Below, piece by piece: positions 54,301-64,000 of a stretch of 64,000 nt of DNA. Source of the DNA: Octopus sinensis (lineage: Eukaryota); NCBI RefSeq assembly GCF_006345805.1, contig NC_043004.1:8432001-8496000 (forward strand), in the 5' to 3' direction. The position numbers and the translations under genes were made by a program. Positions within the stretch are counted from its first letter, which is position 1, and each line of letters opens with the position of its first letter. Under the pieces are notes generated by a model, which had not been told where the DNA came from, searched no databases, and saw only the letters and a list, made by a program, of their open reading frames with translations.

Positions 54301-54521
54301 ATATATATATTGCATAATTGGTTGGTACACAGCTTAGTGACCTCTGACTGTCGATGCTTCGAGACGATTTCGTGTCGGACGTGACTCGCTTGTGTGGCAC
54401 TGACAAGCAGTAATACGGGGAAATTCGTATGGAGCACTCCTGTGGTCACTTCCAGAAACCATATCGTTTCTTCTAGCTCTCAGAATTATTATTTTTTATA
54501 TAGTACGCCTATAAGGGAATG

Positions 54522-54597
<76 letters not shown>

Positions 54598-54915
54598 AAG
54601 AAAAATTTTTGTCTCTTTTTCTGGAAACAAAATGGTTTATAGGACTGCAAAAAGAAGTCCTCAAATGTAAATGAGACAAACATAAAGGATAGTTTTTATG
54701 AATTTTCGATCGTTTATATTTACCTTTTTGGTTGACCATTCTATTTGTATTTTATTCGCATATATATTTTTACCTTCTGCGCTTTTATGTATCTATTTTT
54801 TATGTGTTTAAGAACCATGGTAATATTTATATAGGATTAATTGTTTGAGGTATGGTGTTATATATAAAGTCGTTGACTTGAGTTTTGTTTCTTGATATAT
54901 ATATATATATGTGTT

Positions 54916-54947
<32 letters not shown>

Positions 54948-55051
54948 CCGGAGTAAACACATAAATGTGAAACAAGGTGGAATAAAGAGTACTCAAATAC
55001 CAGTGGTAGAGTAATATGCTTTATTTTAAGCAGCAGAAAATTCAACAAAAT

Positions 55052-55089
55052 CTGTTACTCTGAGTTTCTCGTTGCCGTTCATCAGACAG
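55052..55089 (-). ncRNA. Minimal hammerhead ribozyme candidate in PLE 3' pLTR (second copy at 57999-58036, +)
   Basis: ctgt-CTGATGA-A-CG gcaa CG-A-GAAA-CTC A GAG-TA-acag. Confidence 0.65.
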
Positions 55090-56161
55090 TTTTTGCTAGA
55101 ATGGAACCGATATATCAATTCAATCTATACTCTTACAAACGCTACACCTTTAAAAAGAAATGGACTTGTTTGATTGGCCCTTTAGAAAAAACGGTCAATC
55201 TTCGAGCGATAGACAAAAAGGTCAAAAATATATGTATATATATATAAAAAACTTATAAAAATTATAAAATCCGAGGAAAAAACCTTACATTGAATAAAAT
55301 ACATATTGACGTTAATGAAGAAAGTGCAAATTAATGCATAGAAATTAAACCTGTTATAAATATTACACTGCAATACATATTTATATTAAAATCTACATAT
55401 ATATATCAACATACACAAAAGGGTGCGCGCAAACGCCATACATATACAGACGTATGAATATAAATCTAAATATACACATAAATGCATGTGTACATATATT
55501 CACGCAAACCATCTCGCACGCAAGCTAAAAATCATCTATGTAGCGATTCTCATATACTGAGTAAGGGGGGGACGAAAGAAAGGGAGAGAGAGAAAAAGGA
55601 ACGAAGGAGGGGTGGGGAAAAACGAAATAAGAAAAAATATGTATACAAGCAGTGTAACGGCATTATTGGCATATATGGAGACAAGTATACATACACAAGT
55701 TCGAATGGATACATATACATACAGTCGTGTATATGTGTGCTTAAGCACAAACATACTTTCACTTACACATACACAGATACGCATGCTTGCTACAATACAT
55801 ATGCTTTGCTATACACATACTTATATCAACATTCTAATTTTGACAACATTGCTTTTTTTTAAAAAAACATTGCTTTTTTAAAAATGGGTGCATTAATAAA
55901 AATATATACGAAAGACATATAAAATAAAATATAACATCCTATTTTGGGTCATTTATAAATAATCAAGGTAATATAAATAATCAAGGTAATCCTATACAAT
56001 ACAATAACATGAAAACAAAGTTGGAGGTTTTTCCTAATATATATGTAGAAACATAAAACTTTGCTATACGGATTAAGATCCGCATAGCTTGGAAACAAAA
56101 TCCATCGTAGCGCTCATCGTTCAAGAGTCAAAATCAAAATCAAAAATACAAAATATATACT

Positions 56162-57946
56162 CTATCCATATGGTATATTTATATTCGACATTTTAAATTT
56201 AGCCGCGTGCCTACATAAGTTCATTAGCTCACTTCTTTGATTCAAAGAATTATTGTCTTTGAATAAGGTGTACATTTTTTCTAATAGACAAAGCTTGCAC
56301 TTGAAATTATTTTTGTATGCTCCATGCCTGTATGGTGCCGCCCTGTCCAGAATGCTCCATGTCACGTTGAAAGGTGGGGCTTCCTTTTCTTTTAGTTCCC
56401 AGACATATTTTGCTAGGCTGGTTTTCTTCCTATTCTCTGGGTATTTAAATGAATTTTTATGAGAATAAAATCTTGTTTTAAATGAATTTTCTGAAGCCCC
56501 TGTGTATGTCTTGTATTCCGATGAGCCTTCCACTTGCACCTTGGCTCTATAAACTATTCATTTCACTAGACATTTCCCTTCTAACGGACAGGAGCTTTCG
56601 TTTTTGAAATTACATTTCTTAATGGGCTCGGCACCATGTCTAATCTCAATTAGCTTCCTATTATGTTGGCTAATGTAAGAGGCGAAATTTCTGCAACAAG
56701 AATAGCTAACCTTCAGGGTTCTTCTATTAAATATCCTATAGAATTTATGACCCTGCTTAAAATGCTTAGAGACTAATCTCAAAAATTCCTTACCTATATT
56801 AGTCTTTACGGCCAAATTGAAAGCCGGGTTGAACCACAAAACTTTCCTGGTCCTAGTTCTTCGTGCAGCATTATTATCAGCATTAAGCTGGTTGAACTGG
56901 ATCTTCTCAGAGAATCCACTATTCTTTAATGCGCTATCGTAATAAGGTGCAGCATTATGGAATGCTGCCTCGTCCGAAGAAATTGAAGATATTCTTCTAC
57001 CTACATTGCTGACTAAGTTCCTAAGGATAACTGGTGGATGGTTCGAATCTTTGCTAATATACGATAGCTTTTCATTGGGCTTACGGAAAGGTTTAAATCT
57101 ATCCGATCTTACATTAAAATTTACGTCTAAAAAATCTACACTATTCAGGTTAGCATCTATCGTAACCCGTAAGCCCATCCTTTGAAAGAAAGCTATGAGG
57201 TCCTTCCTAAGTCTATCTGATTCATGGCCGTTTAGATTATGCGTGGCTATAAGGCCGTCATCCCTATATAAACCTGCATCTATAAATGGGAATTCTATTT
57301 TTAGATTATGGAGAATAAAGGCTCCTATGAGCATACATAACTCAGCCCCGTCGTATGCCCCCATCGGTACATCGAAAAGAGAATCCTCAGTCTTCTTAAT
57401 CCAGGTGGAATCCTCGAAAAAAAGAAGCGATTTCCTCGCATGCATAATAATATCAGTTTCCGAGCTATCGATGTTGACATACTGCCTGGCAAAGTCCAAT
57501 GCCCTTAGGAGCAACGTCCTAGATATTGACGGGTAAAAGTCAATAATGTCGAATTGTGTGAAACTACAATTATTCTTATAGCTAATACCTTTAAACCACT
57601 CTATGACTGACTTACTATTCTTCCAAATTCTCAAGTCTACTTCACTATCTAACTTAACTAAAATACGGTCCAAAATATTTTTGCTAATAATTCCTATCTC
57701 AGTTTTAGCCGGATTTATCAATCTACATTTGGGGTTTCTACTAAAATTGGCTTTATGGTCTTTCAGAGTAATAAAAGCTGGTCGTGGTGTAAGATATTCA
57801 ATCCTATCGCTAATCTTAAGATCGTTAGCTATTCCTCTTGCTTCTAAGTTCACCTCTTTGTATATATTCGTGTTGTCTTTTTTGTATGTGTCCATGACAC
57901 TATTCGAAATCAGGCGCTTATAAACGTCCTTATCAAGTGCATATAG
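56162..57946 (-). CDS. PLE RT + C-terminal GIY-YIG endonuclease; single in-frame TGA at 56558-56560
   Basis: RLINPAK, QFDIIDFYPSI, MGAYDGAELC, YRDDGL, DFLDVNF, NHPP and the linker KCN..CPLEGKC. After the stop: IVYRAKV..YTGASENSFKTRFYSHKNSF and CKLCLLEK, all in the same frame. Confidence 0.9.
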
Positions 57947-58078
57947 AGTTTGTAAGAGTATAGATTGAATTGATATATCGGTTCCATTCTAGCAAAAACT
58001 GTCTGATGAAAGGCAACGAGAAACTCAGAGTAACAGATTTTGTTGAATTTTCTGCTGCTTAAAATAAAGTATATATAT

Positions 58079-58121
<43 letters not shown>

Positions 58122-58164
58122 TATATATATGTATATATATATACATAGATACATACATACATAG

Positions 58165-58205
<41 letters not shown>

Positions 58206-58949
58206 ATATATATATATATACACCCGCACACACGTATATACATACATAAATGTATTTATATACTTGTGTATGAGTATATTCGTACACTGAAATCTTTTGT
58301 GAATTGTGAAGTGAGGTCGACAGAGAGAAAGAAAGGGGACGACAATGAGGTGGGCGATATATATATATATATATATATATATATTGAGAGAGAGAGAGAG
58401 AGATGGATAGAATGCGTAAGTAAGAGAGAGAAAGAGCGTAGTAGTTTTAAGAACTATGTGAGTGTGTATAGGCCGTAATGTCTAAGAGTTTAACCTGATT
58501 TCAATCTCCATATTTAGTGGCATATGTTCAGCATTTTTTCATAAAAGCCTCATGAAGTCAACATTAAACTCAAATCTGTTACACAAGTCTTCCATCTCTA
58601 ACTCTATCATAATAAATTCTTGCAATTTTTTCAACCAATCAGCAACTCTATGTCTATGATGCCACATAAAACGAAATCCCTTGTTAGCATTCTCAAGAGA
58701 CAGTTTTATTTTACATTCATCCATTCCATTTCGAGTCGCCCTCCACCCAAATACTTTCATTTTCTCGTATTTATTTTTGGACGTAAATTGTACCAACAGA
58801 CATGAGTATCACCTGTCTTTGTTATTCATTCTGAGATTTATTTCATTTTTTATCTGCCTAATATTCGGAAATTTCAGGAGAATATATCTTTATACATACA
58901 TACATACATACATACATACATACATACATACATACATACATACAATATG

Positions 58950-59620
58950 GTGGAAGCCATAGCTACTCATAATAAAAAGGAATGCTGGTGGAATGTGGAA
59001 CATAAAGCTGAAGATCAGTAAAAAGAGAACACCTATGCTCAACTATTGAGAAATCTACAGCTACTCTATCCAGATTACAAGTTCAGATTTATACCTGTAA
59101 TTATTTGGGCTTTCGAATATGTAACTCATTGCCTAAATTACCAATCTTGAGAAATTAGACTTCTCAAAGCCAGAAAGGAGAACTACAGATCCATAGAAGA
59201 CTACAGATCCATTCCATCATTGGAACTGTAAAAATCTGTAAAACCTTCCAGAGGTTTATCATTTAAATGCATGAGAATACATACATAAAACATACAAATC
59301 TGCGCATACATACATACATACATACATACATACATACATACATACATGCATACAGTCATACATACAGTCATACATACAGTCATACACACATACATACATA
59401 CATACATACATACATACATACACACATACATACATACATACATACATGCATGCATACATACATACATACATACATACATACATACATACATACATACATA
59501 CATACATACATACATACATACATGTTGTTGATGTCGAAATTCCAATGAAGGAATCTTGGATCTATGTTTGAAACCGGTTCATCTTATACTGGTAAGAAAT
59601 CTTGAAATAAACTGAATAAT
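58950..59620 (+). mobile_element. RLE-type LINE 3' end embedded in (CATA)n
   Basis: KENTYAQLLRNLQLLYPDYKFRFIPVIIWAF..LQIHSIIGTVKICKTFQRFII*. The 3' UTR has an internal (CATA)n and CCAATGA...GAAACCGGTT. Confidence 0.75.
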
Positions 59621-59899
59621 GACACACATACATACATCTTATTGGAGCAACAAGATAAAGACCAACCCATCTGATTGGTATGTATGGCTGAAATTGGAAT
59701 CTTAAGGAGGGAATGCAGATCTTTAATTCATACACTACAAATGATCATGATATTTGGGATAATAATAATCTGCAGGACCTTCTTAAGATTTCAAAGATGA
59801 TGAACAAAACAATGTGCTTTCCTTCACAACCATGCTACAAACCAGGTACTTGATCAAAATTAGCTCTAAATTAAGAACACACACACAGGTATGTGTGTA

Positions 59900-60335
59900 T
59901 GTGTGTGTGTAGAAGGAGGCGCTTTTTCCACTCACCAAAGTGAGTGGAGCTTTGGCCAAGAGGCACTGATGTCGTCAAATGGTATCCAACGTTCATTGGG
60001 TGTTTCGACCCTGAACTATAACAGCCTCCCGTTGGTGGATCAGCAAAGGTGGCCAAAACACTGCTCTTCATTTTTCCTGGCTTCCAAATTAATTCCTCTC
60101 TCTTACTCCAAAGCCAACAAGAAGCTCTTTCAGGTGCCGCTCTCATCCTGTGCATAGCCACAATTCGCTCCTTTCCTCTCTTTCCAACTGTTGCAAGCAT
60201 CCGCCAACCTCAACTGGGAAAAACCATTCTTGTCATTCCTTACTCCTGAAATCCGGCAGAAAGCTTTTAATATTTGGCACGCTTCAATTCATGGGCTTCA
60301 TCAACTATTCAGGGGACTGTGAGCCCAATTAAGAT
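59900..60335 (-). mobile_element. R2/HERO-like RLE LINE 3' remnant
   Basis: LTVP*..DEAHELKRAKY..FPVEVG..MLATVGKRGKERIVAMHRM..APERASCWLWSKREE. Confidence 0.65.
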
Positions 60336-60929
60336 AACTACCTTGGTATTTTCAAATTATAATGCAATTATGCATATATACAAGTACAAATACACACACA
60401 CACACACGCACACACACACCTCTGTTGTGTGGTGAGTCTACATGTATATCATGCCATTACAATACAAGGGATTACAGTATATATCAGATCAAATTTACAA
60501 GCAGAACTTCAACTACATTTTAATGAATCGCTTAGAAAATAGTTTCGTTTAGAAAATAAATCCCAGTGGTTATATCCCCGAAGTATCAATAGCCCAGGAA
60601 TCAAACAATTCATTAGTTTTGGCTTGTTGCACCCTCTTCACAATTTGATCCCATTTCGCTGGTTGCTTAGAAAACTTAGTAAAGATCCCCTTAAGAAAAC
60701 TGTAAGCATGATCCATACCAGACTAAATTTAATGACATTATTGCTCAAATGTGAACGTGTGTGTTAATTATTTGTTTCAGTAACGCAATGTGTATAAGAT
60801 TAAATTTGTAAGCAATCAATATGGCGTCGCTTTTTAGACTTAATTAGAATTAACCTGATCGTATTTTATCTTTTTCCTAAAAGAAATGTTCGTTGTATAT
60901 CATCAATAACAAGGGACTAACAAAGCCTT

Positions 60930-61130
60930 CTGGTTTGTTTATAAATGATATATGTAGTATTAGAAAGTTTAAGCATATATACGTAAAATTTGGCCTTAAA
61001 TTGATGGGTGAGCGTTTGTACCAACCGGATGGTCATGTAGCCATGTAAGCGTTGATATATGGGTTCGATTCTGGCAAACGTTAACCCATCGTTTTTTAGT
61101 TTATATATAAATATCACTTTAAATCGGAGA
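60930..61130 (+). mobile_element. Diverged relative of the 55-58 kb PLE pLTR
   Basis: GCGTTTGTA..TTGATATAT(g/c)GGTTC(g/c)ATTCT(g/a)GCAAA is shared with 57948-57997; followed by (TA)n. Confidence 0.5.
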
Positions 61131-61151
61131 ATATATATATTATTATTATGA

Positions 61152-61224
<73 letters not shown>

Positions 61225-61410
61225 GTGTGTGTGTGTGAATGTGTAAGTGTCTTTGTGGCTATATTTCCCCACCACCACTCCTTTAACAGCCGGTATTGGC
61301 TTGTTTGCGGCCACTTGATGTAGCAGCTCGGCAACAGAAGCGTGATATAATGAGTACCTGACTAATGGGGTCGATTTCTTTGACTAAAACCCTTCAAGTT
61401 AGTGCTCCAA

Positions 61411-61690
61411 CACGTCTGTGAATATATTCCTTCTTAGCCAGGACCGGGCAGCCAGAGATGATATGATTTATTGTTTCTTGTCCATCTCCACATATTCTTC
61501 AGTTACTTGTTATATTTCTTTTCATTATATGTTTTTGGTAATTTCTGGTGGGGAGGCTTTGGTCTTGTGCTGCAATTAAAAATCCCTCCATCTCTGCTTT
61601 GAGTCCTGAGCTTCTCAACCATTGCTGGGATTTTTCTCTGTCTATTTCTTTTGCATTTAGTTTAGCCCAGTATTTGTCATGAAGGGGCTT
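61411..61690 (-). mobile_element. R4/Dong-like LINE upstream segment (zinc knuckle)
   Basis: KPLHDKYW..QQWLRSSGLKAEMEGFLIAAQDQSLPTRNY..*RICGDGQETINHIISGCPVLAKKEYIHR. Confidence 0.85.
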
Positions 61691-61828
61691 TTCTTTCTTT
61701 CTTTCTTCTTCTTCTTCTTCTTCTTCTTCTTCTTCTTCTTCTTCTTCTTCTTCTTCTTCTTCTTCTTCTTCTTCTTCTTCTTCTTCTTCTTCTTCTTCGT
61801 CTTATTATTATTATTATTATTATTATTA

Positions 61829-61893
<65 letters not shown>

Positions 61894-61895
<2 letters not shown>

Positions 61896-62480
61896 TAGTT
61901 TTATTTTTATAGCGTGTTTTCACTTCACTACCGAGCGCAGCTCTGTGTGCCTTGGGTATGTGCTGTGATTTGTTGTGATGCTCTGATGGTTATTGTATGG
62001 AAAGTGTTCTGCGTAGCAGTGCCTAGTAGTGCAATTTTCTGTATGTTATATGTGTTTGTAAGTCCTGGTGTTTTTGTTATGTATTTGTCTGAATATTTTT
62101 TTATCATGCCTAATGCACCTACTATGATAGGAATTGTTTCTGTTTTCAGGTTCCACATTCTAGTTACCTCTATTTCCAGGTCTTTGTATTTTGAGAGTTT
62201 CTCCATTTCTTTTAGAGACACGTTGTCATCTGCTGGTATTGATACATCAATTAGAAAGCATTTTTTTTCTTCATGATCTCTGACAACTATATCTGGTCTG
62301 TTGGCCTTAATTTCTCTATCTGTGTATATCGGCATATCCCAGAGTATGGTTGCTTTCTCGTTTTCTGTGACCTTTTCTGGTGTGTGCCTATACCATCTTT
62401 TTTCTGTTGTTATTCCATAATGTTGGCATAGCTTCCAATGTATGTAGGTTCCAACTCTGTCATGTCTGTGAATATATTCC

Positions 62481-62482
<2 letters not shown>
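61894..62482 (-). mobile_element. R4/Dong-like LINE RLE domain and 3' end, flanked by (TAA)n on both sides
   Basis: KEYIHRHDRVGTYIHWKLC..RPDIVV..IDVSIPADDNVSLKEMEKLSKYKDL..IIVGALG..IQKIALLGTA; PD-(D/E)xK-type motif. Confidence 0.9.
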
Positions 62483-62561
<79 letters not shown>

Positions 62562-64000
62562 CGTTGCATATGCAAATCTCAAAATGGTTGCACTCTCTGC
62601 TGGACATGGCAACAAAATATTTCTCTTAAACAGTAGCCAACCGTCTTTAATCTCATATTAATCAATATAATCCTAGATATACTCTGACTGGAAAAAGCGA
62701 CTTCTTTCCCTAAGCAGGAACCCCTACGCTGGTCACAATACACTTGACACCGTTTTAGCATTCAAATGACACCGCGCGTACACACACATACACGCATACA
62801 CACACTCTCACACACACACACGCGCGCGCGCACACATATACACACACACTCAAGCATCTGCTGCAGCATGTTTATGAATAAATGCAGCTGAAAGATGAAT
62901 TAATGAAACTCTGTAACAAACGCTTCTTCATGTAGAAAAAATGCAAAGTAAATAAACTGATGGAAACGAACAAAAGAAAATATTCAGTTCTTAGCCCTGG
63001 GCATTCCTTTAAACCACTTCCGGTTGTGGGTTTCTGTTGCAGGAATTCCAGTGTTTTGTGGAGTGAGCATCTACCTCTTAACCATTATTGTTCCAAGTTC
63101 TACTCTGCCCCGGAGTAGTAAAATTGTCAGGATCCGAGCAATGGGTTAGCTAAAATACCAGGGAATTGCCCTGGAAAACGATGACGCACAGACACCCCAA
63201 CAGACCACGGGCATATGAGGTCGCTTCAGTTCTTTAGCTGCTCATCTGAGAGAAGTTAACTCCATACAGCTCCTGCTACAGAGCCAGTGGCATTTGTTGC
63301 AGTAGACCAATACAAGTTTGAAGGACGAGAGTAGAGCAGGCTTTTCACAAACCATACTACTATAATAAAACTCTATTGCCTTGAAAGATAAGGGAGTAAA
63401 CACCTACAGAAAATCTAGAGGCAGGGAACCTAAGGCTCCCTGCTATAATTAACCAATATATGGCATCACCTGCGGCCTCGTGGGTGCTGCGAACGTACTG
63501 ACGTGTAATTTCTTCGTGGCGTGTGCATTGGTGAAGAGATGGTAAGTGTAGTTGGGGTAAGGCATATGGTTCTGGAAACAGTCCGGGCACAGCAGAAATG
63601 GTTCAGATACTCTCTCTGCAATACTGTTGATCTGTGTCGAAAAGGCCAACCATTCTGTATTCAAATAAATTGACGAAACACACGCAGCGAAATCTCAGCA
63701 TTAGCAGTAGATGTTTGCTCTTCTAAATGACCAAATGCTAAACAATTCGACTAATGTCCTCTCTGTATTAAGTTACCAGACCCTTGACGGATGTCTTAGT
63801 TAATTAACTGTGTCAAAACTGCAATCACGAGATTTTACGATATTTCTGAAATTGCTTGCGGTTTATTTTACGTAGAGGTCCTGCAGAGACTCAACTTGTT
63901 AGGGAGCCATGAAAACATCATACTTAGAACGTGTTCCTTATCTGCAACTTTTATCTGTGATTAATCGTCCCTGGAACTAAATCCTATATAACATCTTCGC

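Larger units (their letters stand above)
54947..58069 (-). mobile_element. Near-intact 5'-truncated Penelope-like element with inverted pLTR, flanked by (TA)n
   Basis: RT + GIY-YIG ORF, ~1.2 kb 3' UTR, and 122-bp inverted arms at 55019-55140 and 57948-58069 (1 mismatch). Confidence 0.92.

Noticed and set aside
60570-60730. Minus-strand open stretch SGMDHAYSFLKGIFTKF..
   Set aside because: About 50 codons with no recognisable family or clear donor site.
63452-63546. Hydrophobic frame GITCGLVGAANVLTCNFFVACALVKR ending at GTAAGT
   Set aside because: There is an in-frame stop just upstream and no AG acceptor or in-frame ATG to open it.

Overview
AT-rich eukaryotic DNA, very dense in microsatellites. 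The SINE families and simple-repeat load suggest an octopus or other coleoid genome (inference, not confirmed). I cannot support any host protein-coding gene here: most listed ORFs are translations of (CA)n, (TA)n, (CATA)n or (ATT)n repeats, so the window is probably intronic or intergenic. It is a mosaic of mobile elements. These include the open 3' half of an RTE LINE ending in two C2H2 fingers (1-1100) and several R4/Dong-like, HERO/R2-like, RTE and CR1-like LINE remnants. There are also two mariner relics, a mariner MITE, a hAT remnant and about four tRNA-derived SINE families. Penelope-like elements (PLEs) are prominent, including a near-intact RT + GIY-YIG copy with an inverted pLTR (54947-58069). 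The most notable observations are: (1) minimal hammerhead-ribozyme-like motifs from about six repeat families, including a U3:A8-compensated core and recurring atypical cores; (2) a domain-permuted Dong-like element bounded by a 19-22 bp direct repeat; (3) different retroelement classes each associated with a different microsatellite; (4) a SINE whose 3' stem-loop co-varies with that of the RTE LINE; (5) a ~440 bp long inverted repeat. All alignments and folds were done by eye.
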